Shown here: positions 26,001 to 38,652 of the stretch, in pieces
Position numbering within the stretch: position 1 is the stretch's first letter
Layout of the letters: every line of letters begins with the position of its first letter
From: Phoronis australis
Taxonomy: Eukaryota > Animalia > Phoronida
Length of the DNA stretch: 64,000 nucleotides
Assembly (NCBI GenBank): GCA_002633005.1
Contig: NMRA01000029.1
Location: 964,086 to 1,028,085 of the forward strand
Direction of reading: 5' to 3'
Notes under the pieces: generated by a model
Told to the model about the DNA's origin: nothing
What the model saw: the letters and a program-made list of their open reading frames with translations, nothing else
The model's database searches: none
Position numbers and translations under genes: made by a program

Positions 26001-29000
26001 GCTCACAGTGTAAAATCTACTTTTTGCGACCTCAGGTTCAGCAAATCATTACAGTTTCCACCGATATGTGCCAATGCTGTGATCAACACTGGGAATGTTT
26101 CTATTACTATTTACTGTCCAAAAGCTATGACACGAAAATAGCCACAGGATCACTGAGAAATACATTGAAGCTAAAATGACACATTGCTGCTCAACTGTAG
26201 TTCAGGGAATGTTTCAACTTTTATATTCCCAAATGGATTGTTTCTGACAAATGGTTCAGTGAGTTAACTTGGTATATTTCACAAACTGAAAAATCTAATC
26301 AATTTATTAGGAACTAAATCTTTACTTGGTTATTCAACACTTTCACAGACCAGTCTTGTCGCTTAATCGGCTTTGGTAACCGTTCTTGGCATACATATGA
26401 CGGCATATAGCAATAAGCCGGAGCACACAGCAACAAAGGTTTGCGGTGAGGATTCGGTCTCGTTGGGACAATCCCAGATGAAATGAGTTCTCCGATAGGA
26501 TATGGCAGTAGTATTCCTAAGTATATGGGATTACCTATATGTACGTGATATGTATATGTATATGTATGTAAAGATGACTGTTGTTGTATACTTGTGTATA
26601 CTAAACCATGCTAATTGATTAAAGTTTTCTACATGCATTATTTTTGTATTTGATAAAATTTACTTTTTTCAGACATTTTGTTTCTCCACATTCATTCTCA
26701 CGTTAGCGTATGCCATTGAAGTTTACAGGAGGATACGGGATAGGTTTGCAGGCCATGTATTAGAAATAGTAAGTACAAGTTGTAACATTACTATTGTTGT
26801 GATGGACCAGCACGCAAGCAACTCTGAATGTTAAGATAACCACAAGACCTTCCACTTGATTATTCTTTGATGTACTTTAATGTGACATCATTAAGATAAA
26901 GAGTTGCCTAAAAAATTAAGATATTTGTTTTCTTTTCTTGGCATTTTTGTTGGCGAAAACGAATCCCACATTTGAATTCCTCGTAAAATTTTGAGAACTT
27001 TTTCCCCACAAAAATTGGCCAAGTTTGTGGGAGATAGCTGATTGTCTAAGTTCCACTAACTGATCAGACCTAATTGCCATGATTTATGACCCACACCTAG
27101 AAAGGCCTATAAATTCAGATCAGTGATAGCATATCTAAGTGTCCAGTGTATGCTCCCTAAAGCCCCTAAGTTGGCTTCACAGCCAGGTCAAAATAGTGTT
27201 ATGGATATCTTATTCACCTTACACACCAGTGGCGCTGCAGATTTGTGTAGAAACTGCTCAGTTGAACAACTCATTGACCTGATTTCCCCCCACCTTTTTG
27301 TCTCTGTTCCTTCCCTTCTGTCATTTTTCCAGTGGTGTTGTACACTTTTTGGTAGAAACTTTTTGGCTTTGAGTACTGTTTTACCTTATTTTTCAACTCC
27401 TTTTGTATTTCTTGCTTCCTTTTTGTCTTTTTTTCACCTCATCATTTGTAGTTAGATGTCTCAATCTTATCTCCGAAAGAGAGGGATCTGACGGAAACAT
27501 TTCACGATTCTCATGAAATGCTGGCGACATGAATTTCAGATTTATATAACCAAAAAAGCTATTGAGATTCTGAATAAGTCTAAAGTAGTCAAATTTGCAG
27601 CTAATAAATTTGTAGGGATCTTTGGTCAGTCTTTTCCTTTTACCTTTACGGCATGTCTAGGTGGCAGCAGGTGGATTGGTCAGTAGATGTGAATAATTTG
27701 TTGTAGTTTTTTATTAGATATTTTTCTTCGTTTGCAGGAGAGTTCAGTTCTATGCCATCGTCTTCTCTATGCAGCAGCATGGTAAGTTACCTTCTACACA
27801 ATGAAATCTCAATAATTTCGGACAAAAGAATTGCTAAAATTGCCTTTTTTCGTTTTTCAAATTCTCATTGTAAAGTTGTTGTCACAATTTTTTGACATGA
27901 CTTTTGTTGACTATGCAAAGCAGTATTTTGCTGTTACACATCAGTTGCGATGTTGTTCCCAAATCGGTGACATTTTTATGCGCCTATATATTTATATGTG
28001 GACGCATTATGCCGTCATCTTTGTCCGGACGGACCGTCCGTCCGGACGGCGTCCGTCTGGTGTCCGACGTCCGCTGCCATGCTATGAACATTCCCACTAA
28101 ATAAGATTGGTCCTAACCCCAGTGGTTAAGGTAAACGGTGGGGTATGGAAAATTGAACTAGACTGTATTTATCCACCTTGGCTGAGTCGCACTCAGCTCA
28201 CGATCAAAGGGATGCCGCCAAGCTGCTTTAGTCATCGAGTCACGAGCGAGGATAATTGGCTTCGCTCATGCGGATATCATGCTATGAACATTCCCACTAA
28301 ATAAGATTGGTTCTAACCCCAGTGGTTAAGGTAAACGGTGGGGTATGGAAAATTGAACTAGACCGTATTTATCCACCTTGGCTGAGTCGCGCTCGGCTCA
28401 CGATCAAAGGGATGCCGCCAAGCTGCTCTAGTCATCGGGTCACGAGCGAGGATAATTGGCTTCGCTCATGCGGATATGATCAGCTGATTACAATCTAGCT
28501 AGGAGACTGTACTTTTTATGGAGAGAGTTTTACGTAGTTTTTACCTGTAATATTTGAAAAGAGGAGCGAAAACAAATATGAGTACAACTTTGAATTTTTC
28601 AAATCGGCCCAGGATAAGAGATTTTGCAACACAGCAACACTCACGATTACTTTCATTCGGCGCGCACTAATACAAAAATATAGGACCCAAGTTATTTAGA
28701 TTTTGGAACACATGCATTGCAATATTCAAAATACTTTTATTATGAATCTTACAAGCTGTAAAACGACGTTGTTAATTTCATTGTGTTCATTCATTGTCAT
28801 CCGTNNNNNNNNNNNNNNNNNNNNNNNNNNNNNNNNNNNNNNNNNNNNNNNNNNNNNNNNNNNNNNNNNNNNNNNNNNNNNNNNNNNNNNNNNNNNNNNN
28901 NNNNNNNNNNNNNNNNNNNNNCAGAGCGTAAATTTGATGAATCCTAGCTTCCGATTTTACCCGTTTGGGAAACCGGGTTTCAACTGCCGTAGGCTCACTA

Positions 29001-32000
29001 CAATAAGCGTCCCCTCCCCGTGAAATGAATTTTTCTAAGCGTTTGTTTGAGCCAATACAGTATACAGCTTTCTACCAAGGCCAGGTGATGCAAGACATTA
29101 TTCTTTGTTGCATTATAGTAACTGGTCTTGGCTAATTATCATTTTATGGCCTGGTCATCCATTCAGCCAAAAGTAGTTCCAGAGGTGGCTTATCAGCCAA
29201 TTATTCACGCATGCTGATTCACAATAGAAGCCTGGTAACAGTGAAGGTGGATAAATGCGGTGTTCCTACACTGAGTTTCTTGTTTTAGTGGATGTGTTCA
29301 CGACATGCTCTATCTCCAAAACCCTTTGACATACGTTCATGAAATTTGGCACATATGTTTCATTCATAAATGGGACGGCATGAGTGAACATTCGGACGGA
29401 TCCGACTACCGGTGTGCTCCCTAGGGGCAATTTTAGTTTTTTACTCTTACCTTTATATCTTCAAAAGTCCTGAACGGAATTTCATGAAATTTGGTATGTA
29501 GGCACCTATTAGTGAGATGACGCTATCCTCCCATTCATGATGGTCAGCCTCCTCACAGAGCGACTGCTTCACTTTCCTAGTGGCCCACTGTCCCTCAAGA
29601 CAAACCTTATCAATACCTCTATAGTGAGCCAGCCAACCACTCAAATCGCTTGTGCAGTATTACGTAATCGTTGGCAAGGCCTTAAGAGCACATCAGAGTA
29701 GAATTCACCTTTATAACTACTTCGGCATTTATTTAAAGTTTTAGTTCCATATTACTAAGGCTTGATTAAAACCGATCATATTGAGTCATCGAATGGCAAA
29801 AATTGATGCATAACTTGCCGAGAAACAAAAAAGCTTGTGACCATTTAGCATTGAGGTATTAATACGCACGTTACACGGCTTGAGTCATATGTTCAGTTTT
29901 GTTAATGAACGCTTCGAATGTGGACATTCTCCATTCAGAACCCTTTATTTATACTCTATGAACATCATTCCCTTGATGAATTTGCCAATTAATTGAAAGA
30001 ATGTTGCTCTTTCCGTGCGCGCATTAATAACTGGGTAATAAACTTCAGCGTCGACTTGTAATGTTAGACAGAACCTGTCGTTGTTCGAAATTTTAGAAAT
30101 AGGCAATATTGGCCGTCCGAAATTCGTGAAATATGAGAAAGTCAGCAAAAAATTGAAGGTGTCCGAAATCTTAGAATTGATGTGATCGGGTGTCGACAAA
30201 TTTTCGATTTGTGGTTTTAGACGGTTTGAACTTGAGCGCAGATTTGTGATCGTTACTGCTGACAAGAAATTCACACGAGCATAAACAGCAATGTTGCTGA
30301 CTATGAACAGAAGTGACTCACCAAACTTTGTGATAGGAAATAAGGTATATATTTGTCGTGTAACCCGCCTTGACTGAATATTTGTAAAATCCATTGGTGC
30401 TAAACGAAGTATGACATGTTATAAGATGTTAATAAGAATTAATAACAACGAATGATGTAATATAAGATTAATTTTTTTTCATCAGCCCTAGTAATTTATG
30501 CGAATTCTTGTCACTGACCAAAAACAATCTTAATCAGACTGATACATATGAGCGATGATCAGTCTCATCAGAATTCATATCAACCCAAATGGAGGTGCAA
30601 AATTTTTACACAAGCATTACTTATTCTAAGTTTAGAAAATATGATTATGACAGTGAAGAAGACGAACAGTACAAAGTGTTCGTTTTGTTATGCACAAATT
30701 CATTAAGACTGACTGTAAATATAAAGGGCAAAACTAAACCTTTGAACTAGCAAGGAGCAATGTATAATGCATACAGAAGTAAGCAACAGTCAGGGCACGG
30801 ACTTCTGTGTACATCTTGAGGGGTGCACCTGTAGCTAAGATGGAGGGAGATTTGTCTCGTGTGGAACGCTCACCGGAGGGGAGGAGGGGGAAGGGAGAGC
30901 CGACAACAATTCGTGATGATCGACACTAAACATTTTAGCATTAGAAATATTATATAGATTCATTCAAGTAAGTCAGGCAAACACATTTTAATTAATAATC
31001 CACTGATGCCACCTGCCGCCCCGAAGTGCTGTACCAGAGGGTTCCAGTTCAGTCTCGTCCTGCAGCCATTCTGTTATTGCTTATGAATTTCTGTAATTAA
31101 TAATATAGATCAGGGGAGGCTAACTGGTGCTGTCTTTGTTGACCTTAAGAAAGCCTTTGACACTGTGGACCATGGTATCCTATTTTAAAAACTAGAGTCT
31201 TATGGAGTTAGTGATAACAAACTCCTTTGGTTTAGAAACTACTTATATGACCGTAAACAGGCCACCAAATACGGTGGTATACTTTCTGACTACTCAACCG
31301 TAATCACGGGGGTACCTCAGGGTTCCATTTTGGGCCCTCTATTATCATATTCACTATTTTGTTAACGACTTCCCTACTGTCCTCCACAACAGTGTCCCAG
31401 TTTTATACGCTGATGACACTGCAATTATGTCCACAGCTGGATCAGTAAAAAAACTCGAAACTTCTCTCAACGATGAGCTAGCCCTTATCCATGACTGGCT
31501 GATTCAAAATAAACTCACTCTTAACGTTAGTAAAACCAAGTCGATGCTGTTTTTAACCCACCAGAAATTAAAACAACAAAAACTATCCCTTTCTATCAAT
31601 GGTTCTCCCATCGAGAATGTTGACAAGTTTAAGTACTTTAATGGACCTTACTTTAGATCCCAATCTTACATTTAATATGCACATAGATCATATCACAAAG
31701 AAATTATCAAAGAAAATCTGACCGGGTGTACTTAAACGTCTAGGCAAATTTCTTAATGTCAGTACTCTTAAGACCCTTTACCATTTTATTATTCAGCCTC
31801 ATATTGATTATTGTTTACCGGTTTGGGGGCACACTAGTGACACACTTGTCAGCAAAGTCCAAGTAATCCAAAATAGAGCCGCCACGGCTATCCTGGGTAC
31901 TAAAATTAGGGACACTTCTAAGGGTTGACGACTTGTATTCCAAGCTGGGATTTATGAAAATAATACAAAGAAATAAATATCTCTCTGCCTGTTATGTGTA

Positions 32001-35000
32001 CAGATGTATCAATGGCTTGGCTCCAGCATATCTCAGCAGTAAATTCAATAGCAGCCAGGCTGTATATTCTACACGTTCTTCTGTTGCTGACAATGTTTAT
32101 TCTAAAAAAATTATAACCGAGACGGGCAAGAGATCTTTTATCTATGCAGCTGCTTTAATATGGAATTCTTTTAGCCCAGAAATTAAACGGTCCAATTCAA
32201 TTACTACCTTTAAAATAAATATTAAAAAGTGGCTGAAATTTACTTGACCTTTTATACCCTGTCTGTCTTAATCATGTCATTTTTTCATTGTCGTTAATAC
32301 TCTCACTGTCTAGAATCATCTCTTAATTTATTTCATCTGTCTTATTATTTGTCATTTAGTTATTGTCTTAATTCTCAACCTGTTTTAATTGTATCTTTGT
32401 TATGTATATTTCATTGTTGTTTTATTACTTCATTGTGTTATTACTGTTTTTCTTGTTGAGGGCCCTCTTGGAAAGCAGTGCTATCACTGAAGAGGCCACC
32501 CTCATTTTAAATATCACAATAATAAATAAATAAATAAATTACATCACGTTTCGTCTCTTATAGTTGCTAAACGTATTTGAAACAGAACATTCTAGAAACC
32601 ATGTGTAGTTAGTTATAACAAGAGGAGGGTTCCATTTATCAAACCTGACCAATATCAGTAGCGTTGGTGCATTGGATTTTGAATGACGTCAATATGAACA
32701 TGTGTCTTAACACGCTACGCAATATTGCCACAAGTCAAACATTTTGCTCACTTTGTGTGTCTAACCAGTATTGAGCTATGAGCTGAGCTGAGCTATGCCA
32801 TAGTTCACTTGATGACAACTGCTCAGCTTGCAGCATCTTGTGAGGGCTTGTAGAACAGGCTCTGTAATGGCTATTCTAGTAGAGCAATTCTCCCCATCTA
32901 GACTATTCAGTAGTTTAGCTGTTAAAACAAATACATATTGATAATGCCTCTTTAAAATGATATTATGTAGTTGAACAGGCTATTGAATGGATGTGTGTGT
33001 GTGTGACTATTTTCAGGTTGATACCTCTAGTCATTGGAATTGGCGGCATTATAGTGGTGAATACTTTAATGGTTGAAAATGTCGAAGGCTTAGTGGTGGA
33101 GTCAAGAAACAACTCAGATTTGGCAATAGGAGATCTGTAAGTTTTGCTTTGAAGTACGTCACCTGTAGAGTTGTATACACACTCGCACAATCAGTTTGAT
33201 ATCATGAATACTACCTCGCTTGTTTCGTGTGGAGCATGGCAGTTATCACATTAGCGATGACTTCAGAAGTTCAGAGCAATAAAATTCTGGCAGAAATAAA
33301 TTTATCTATAGTGAACTCAAGGTGACTTGAAATTCAATTCCCTGTAAAAATATGTTTGAATCATAAATTAACTAAAACAATATCATCATTTCTCTTTTGT
33401 TGACTGAAGGACTTGGAGCTCCAGAGAGTTTGGTAACTGTGGTTTTATAATGGGGTTTACGTCTTGACAATCACAACACAATAGGTTGTTTTTGATCTTG
33501 GAAACTGCTTTGGTCTGTAGTTGATACTGATGGGGATATTTGTAACGAATGTGTGTACAAAGAGGCAAACAGCATTCAACACTTTTGGTGTTCATAAGAA
33601 AACAATTTTCACCTGGTATCCCATGCAAATTTATTTGTAGTTACCTCGAGCTAATTAACAATAAATGCAAAATGGCTTCATTGTAATTGTTCTGCATCCT
33701 TATTTACAATTTACAATGAGTTCACTATTGGATGCATTCTTTTAATTAGGGCCAACTTAGCGTTAGGCTGCTGCAATATCAAGATATTCAGCATAACCAT
33801 GCAGTGAATTCTACACCGTGCTACGTCACACTTCTCAACAGGCAACCTAATGCTTCTTACCTGTTCAGATTACAATAACAACTTACTACGCACATCACCA
33901 GAGGCTGTTTCTTGAAAAGTCTATTGTCTTTTTGCTGAAAATCAGTCTAGCCCGTTTCACAAAATTGTTTTGTGCCTTTCCCCTAGACTGTTAAAGCCAA
34001 GAAGTTTCAGATATCACGAAAATTTGACTGCAACTCGAAACCAAACGACAGGAATCTGTAGGCTGCTTGGCAGCAAACAAATGGCGAAAGGCAAAAGAAT
34101 CAACTTAAGGCAGTAAACTCTTCAAGAAAGAGGGCCCCTGGACTTTCTGACCATCTCCTTTTGTTTGGGGATTAGAGAATAGGCATGGGTGTGGCAACAT
34201 TCTTTCCCTGCCCATTTTATACTTCGGGGACTATGAAAACTAAATCTGTCATTGAAAATTGAATATTCTCGTCGTTTGATTTGCAAAAATCTGTTAAAAG
34301 TAAAATGGGAGGGAGAATATCACCAACTGGTAGTAGTTACCACTGACTGCCATATTTGTTCTCTGATTCTCACACAAACAACTTATAAAGAAGCTGGCCA
34401 TGAAGTCCAGGTGCCATTACAAGTGGCTATGGTAATACCAAGAGGATTTAAGGATTCGAGGGGTGGTTAGGCAAGTGGTGGTAATAAAAAGTTCCCTTTT
34501 TCCCTGCAGTGTGTCTGATTTAATTATTAAAACAATTTTACCCAACAGGTGCTTACCCATATTTCATGACACAAATGATAGCTGCCTTCAAGGGTCAACT
34601 TATCAGAATCCCACGCTCATATATGCTGGCAAATACGTACTTCTCATACCACTTCTCATTGTACTCATAGGACTTGCGGTAAGTATACTGGCTTACCTTG
34701 TTCAGTTGTTTAGTGATGGCATAATTTGGGCTCACAACTAGCCTAGGAATAAAAAAGCAGTCGCATGTTTTAAAAAAACTTTCGGGTCTTGGATTTTTTT
34801 CTTGTTAGGTGTTTACAAACAATTTAGCGATTGAAATTTTCACAAAAGAATCTGTTTGAATTAATTGTTGTGCTCCGACAACAGTTATATCAGTTGTATT
34901 TTTCCATAAAGTTGAAAAAGATAAACCAGTTCCATTGCGAGGTAATAGTTTACAAAGCGCTTGGTAATTTACATTAATACAGAAATCTGGCCTAATAATT

Positions 35001-37794
35001 ATTGTTTTAATATTATTTTACTGGGTCCAAAACATCAAAATGACGTCATATTAAACAATTGAATTAGACATTGTCATGGCGCTGTTGAAACTTGTTACTA
35101 AGTTGCCATTACGATTAAACGTCATTTTCAGCTATTTTGATAGCGAAGGCTAATATTATGCATGTACCGTTAGATGGATATGTGGTAGGTCAAAAATGGT
35201 GCTAACATGCCCGTCTTAGGGTTACTGTGAAGGCTCAATATCCTTTGAAATCATTGAGTCCCCTTGCTGGCTTAGTTAATGGATCCACCATGATTGTAAC
35301 AAACCCTCGTGGTAATTAATCACATCTGCTGGATTTAGCGTCTTGTATGTATGTATGTATTTGCATCTTGATTCTTTGGTAGACTATTTTTACACAAAAT
35401 GAAATTGTTTTCTTACTTGGAGTTAATTGTGTCCTGATGGGTTGACAACATTTAGTTGTATATGTTAATTTCCACTGAATTGTGAATAGTTGGCAGTTTG
35501 CATTTCTTATAGGTAGTATACCTGATGGTGGTCCATAAGTTCCGCTACGCCACTGTATCCCGCGGCATCTTAGGTCCCCAACAGAGGCTGGAGGAAAGAT
35601 CAATTCGTAGGCGAGCGACGTGCTACATAGTTGTATTCTGCATTTGTTGGATTCCATGTAAGTGGTCGTGAACTGGCATTTTTTTCAGTTCAATCATGAA
35701 AAGAATCCTTCATTGACACCCTCACCAGTCGAGCTTGGGCAACTCGACAAGACGCCATGCTGTTGTATTTAATTATATCCCCTCTGACTGCTGATGTTAT
35801 CGTTTTCTAGATAATGAGACCATCATAAACACACTAGGGACGACAAAAGTTTGGTTTGAAAGTTTGTAAATTGCATATTTGAATAGTTTGTGAAAAGCAC
35901 ACGTGAATTTTGAAAATTGAACAAGAAATGTTTGTTTAATGTTGCAATAATATGTTCCTCATTAATTCTGCTTGGTGTGCACCATAATTGGGCCAATCAT
36001 CAAACAACCAGGGAGCAGTTGGAGTTTGAGGTACAATTCTTGGCATGACTGCGTGACTGTTTTCAGGTCATGTCACACATTTGATTTTTGGAAAAGGGTA
36101 TTAAGGAATGCTAGAAGTAATTCATTTTTAAAACTGCTACTTTTTGAACAGCAGGTGTATTTTTGTGCAAAAAGGTTCTGTTCTGATAACATTTTGTGTT
36201 ATTTCGCTACCAAGCCTGGTGGGCGAAAACTCAAAATCGCCACAATCCATGCCCTTAAACTAGCTCTGTAATAGAGTCTACGCACTATTTACGTGTAGCA
36301 TGTACAGAAAAGTTTAAAATGTGTGATTTAAAGTTTTTACTTAAATTGATCATGGTGGTCACACATGCCTGTTTTGGTCATCCAACAGTTGTTTTTGTTA
36401 CAATTCCCAACATTATCAAGATTTACAAAGTGTAGACTAGGAAAGTTGACATGCTTTTAAAAATGTTCTCAAAATAAATATTGTTTTCAGGTGAATAGGG
36501 TGCCCTAGAGTTGTTTGCAATACTTTTGAAATTCTTGATAATTACGAACAAGCCGTACAATATGTCTGTTACATAAAAATGTTTGTCTCAGTACATCATC
36601 TTGTGTGATATGGTTGTGTTGCATTTTCTGTTCCAGCCATTGTTCTTGGCATATTATCACTCACACCAAACTTCAGGAGTACTGACTACTTTCCTCTTTA
36701 TGTGGTTCAGGTAAGATGCCATTCTTCATTAGCAACCTGTGTCCTGAAACAACCATTCCCACAGGAACAAAATGGCCTGAGGCCAGTTGTTTCTAAGTTG
36801 TGCTTTGAATACTCTCAAACAGGACTACTTCTAGGACTGTTCATGAAAATCATTCACCTAAATATTCTTGTATAGATCCTAACCACCTCATTATCCACTC
36901 AGTTTTGAGGTTGGCCTTTCTGTTTGTGTGCAGCACACACTCATGTCCATTGGAGACTGTTCACTATGGGTTTTGTGTACAGCTGGTCCATTGTGATGCT
37001 GTCCGATTAGTTCCTGCTAAAAATCAGTGACAGTACTTTTGTTTTTGGCAATTGTTTTTGTTTGAAGTTTAGGAAACTTCAGTCATTGTTCAGTAGACAG
37101 TAGTCCCTTTAATACACCTAGAAACCAGTTACCCTGTTCAGATAAGCTCAGCACAGCTTAACAATAGTTTATGGCTTTTTAATGTTGAGTGTGTGATGTA
37201 CCAAGGATAATAAGTGTCCATATCTTGCTCTGAATATCTTGCTCTGAATATTACCAGCATGTGGGTGGAATAATAAGAGAAGGTTGTTATGGAAACCGGC
37301 AAGTTAGCACTCTCCTGACATGGTTGAAGTTTTATGAATACAATAACATGAAATTACTGTTATGGCAATTACTCTATTGTTTAGCCTAAAACGAGTGAAA
37401 TTCTATTTGTAAAGTTTATCCATGAAAATAGGGATTATGAAAAATTTTAGTCTGCTATTAGCATTGTTTGTATTATGTAGATGTCATAAAACAACTTCCG
37501 GTAAATTTTTCGTTACTTGGAGTAAAGCAATCAGCCGTTGTAAAATGGAAAAATGACAACTGTGGCGATTATTTTTATGAAAAATGAGTGGAGAATTACC
37601 GTATATTAACTTTCAAGTATTGTTTCCAGGCGTCCACTGCAACATTACAAGGATTTCTCAACTCAGTTGTCTATGGGTGGTCACGGAAGGGCTTTAAGGA
37701 GGAAATTGTCAGCTCACGACGACAAACAATATCGCCATCTCCATTCCAAGGTTCACGAGAAGATCAACCCCTACTTTACGAATCTGATGTCTGA
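17046..37794 (+). CDS. TMEM116: TMEM116-like 7TM protein (cAMP-receptor-like/GPR157/GCR1 group), 11 coding exons, 356 aa
   Basis: Exons 17046-17087, 17570-17613, 22059-22122, 24495-24641, 26673-26768, 27738-27781, 33017-33136, 34549-34678, 35513-35657, 36637-36710, 37630-37794 join in frame with GT-AG introns. Motifs SFIGATSIV..KFRSPEVMPLFHLSLADML, VFCICWIP and LYVVQASTATLQGFLNSVVYGW match TMEM116 as I recall it. Seven hydrophobic segments. Confidence 0.9.
17570..17613 (+). CDS. TMEM116: TMEM116 exon 2 (FKALSYIFLGTSCG)
   Basis: Acceptor ttgttgcag, donor AG|GTGAGT, phase 2 matches exon 3. Confidence 0.8.
20102..20503. repeat. Tandem duplication, 200-bp period
   Basis: tgtagattgtagccatcatgagg at 20102 and 20302; the copies differ by a few substitutions and small indels. 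Confidence 0.92.
22059..22122 (+). CDS. TMEM116: TMEM116 exon 3 (FIGATSIVAAACAARKFRSPE)
   Basis: tttcacag acceptor, GAG|GTAAGT donor. Confidence 0.88.
23100..23830 (+). mobile_element. Hairpin-ended non-autonomous element carrying a tRNA-like module
   Basis: 23100-23445 matches 40590-40960; internal tRNA-like 23689-23761; 22-bp perfect palindrome at 23774-23795. Confidence 0.55.
23689..23761 (+). pseudogene. tRNA-derived sequence (SINE head or tRNA pseudogene)
   Basis: A box TGGTGTAGTGG and B box GGTTCGACTCC at tRNA spacing; mismatched acceptor and anticodon stems, so not a functional tRNA. Confidence 0.65.
24495..24641 (+). CDS. TMEM116: TMEM116 exon 4 (VMPLFHLSLADML...VGFVN)
   Basis: ttttcag acceptor, |GTAAGT donor, 49 codons. 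Confidence 0.9.
25182..25664 (+). mobile_element. 5'-truncated Penelope-like element with inverted pLTR
   Basis: Central GIY-YIG C-terminal remnant (SAVLNHSLTTGHTIDCSGVQILDKD..RLLIKEA..LNRNIGSFEL) flanked by about 130-bp inverted arms carrying a CTTGAGAA...GAAA/CGTTGG hammerhead-like motif. Confidence 0.78.
26673..26768 (+). CDS. TMEM116: TMEM116 exon 5 (TFCFSTFILTLAYAIEVYRR...)
   Basis: ttttttcag acceptor, |GTAAGT donor, 32 codons. Confidence 0.88.
27738..27781 (+). CDS. TMEM116: TMEM116 exon 6 (ESSVLCHRLLYAAAW)
   Basis: tttgcag acceptor, TG|GTAAGT donor, phase 2. Confidence 0.82.
28078..28477. repeat. Tandem duplication, 200-bp period
   Basis: catgctatgaacattcccac at 28078 and 28278; near-identical ORFs at 28107 and 28307. 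Confidence 0.92.
28805..28921. other. Assembly gap (117 N)
   Basis: Run of N. Confidence 0.99.
31050..32538 (+). mobile_element. 5'-truncated L2/CR1-clade LINE (RT remnant plus 3' UTR)
   Basis: GAVFVDLKKAFDTVDH, GVPQGSILGPLL and YADDT motifs with stops and frameshifts; 3' stem-loop gagggccctcttgg...gaggccaccctc and (AAAT)n tail. Confidence 0.92.
33017..33136 (+). CDS. TMEM116: TMEM116 exon 7 (LIPLVIGIGGIIVV...)
   Basis: ttttcag acceptor, CT|GTAAGT donor, phases 2/2. Confidence 0.85.
34549..34678 (+). CDS. TMEM116: TMEM116 exon 8 (CLPIFHD...LLIVLIGLA)
   Basis: caacag acceptor, GCG|GTAAGT donor. Confidence 0.86.
35513..35657 (+). CDS. TMEM116: TMEM116 exon 9 (VVYLMVVHKF...VFCICWIP)
   Basis: ttcttatag acceptor, |GTAAGT donor, phase 1. 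Confidence 0.88.
36637..36710 (+). CDS. TMEM116: TMEM116 exon 10 (IVLGILSL...PLYVVQ)
   Basis: ttccag acceptor, CAG|GTAAGA donor. Confidence 0.88.
37630..37794 (+). CDS. TMEM116: TMEM116 last coding exon (ASTATLQGFLNSVVYGW...EDQPLLYESDV*)
   Basis: tttccag acceptor, TM7 QGFLN motif, TGA stop. Confidence 0.9.
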   Translation, partial: ASTATLQGFLNSVVYGWSRKGFKEEIVSSRRQTISPSPFQGSREDQPLLYESDV

Positions 37795-38652
37795 CCCTTT
37801 CGATGAGTTCACTCTAACCGGTATTTGTTCTGTGGTTGAGGTCTCATAACCATGATTTGAACACGGAGTCCATTTAGCTGAAGTACCTTCTGAAACTAGC
37901 CGTAATGAAACTGACTGCGTTATTCATGACAATATCTTAAAGGCTCTTTCATGATAACTTAAATCCAGTATAAGAAGAGCAATACAAAATAAGTTGAACC
38001 GTTTATACCGGTTCCGTTAGTTAACAGACATTGAATGATTGTTAGGTGATGCTATCGTCGTCAAAGTAATCTTATTTATCGCAAAGTATTGCCCCCTGAT
38101 GATAACTTTGATGATACAGAGGTTGGCTATTCATGCTGTGCCTTCGTGTCGACACTTCACCACTATATACACCTGCTTACTATGAAGTAACTGGTGATGT
38201 TAATTTTGATCCAGGAATGAAGTTAACTGTTCATACTGACTGCAATTCCTCAAAACGTCAACTTGTTGACGTTAGTGTGAAAGGGCCTTAAGATTTTCAA
38301 ATTTGAATGTTATGTTGGCTTACTGACAGATGAGGAATTCTGATTTAAAAATGAAGAATGCAATTACTTAAAAACATTATTTGTACTTTTCACCGATTTG
38401 ACGTGAGGTTGATACAGCACTTCTTTCAAAAAAATATTCAGCAAACAAGCATTTGTGTTCAGATTCATTTTACTACTAACACTGAACAATCATTGGCTAT
38501 GGTTATAGAGCATGAGCCGTTGATTGAAAATATGTTTAAGGGCTATGTTCCGTAGATGCATGACTCTTAGGAAGCTTTCGCGGCAAGAAAACATGTCTAA
38601 CGAAACCACAAATTCTATCCTGTAATTCAACATCCCAACCTCACGTACTTGC

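Larger units (their letters stand above)
27973..29530 (-). mobile_element. HINE-like copy split by a TIR element (28078-29307) that contains the gap and a pogo-like fragment
   Basis: HINE sequence stops at ...gtccgctgc (28077) and resumes ctctatctccaaaacc (29308). The insert has imperfect TIRs catgctatgaacattcccactaaataaga / tcttgttttagtggatgtgttcacgacatg. Confidence 0.65.

Noticed and set aside
28107-28498. Two near-identical 63-65 aa ORFs as a tandem gene pair
   Set aside because: They simply reflect the 200-bp duplication of a transposon end; non-ATG starts and no coding signal.
37792-37850. UGA-C stop followed by a stem-loop (readthrough or SECIS candidate)
   Set aside because: A second TGA follows after three codons, and I could not identify a convincing SECIS core geometry.
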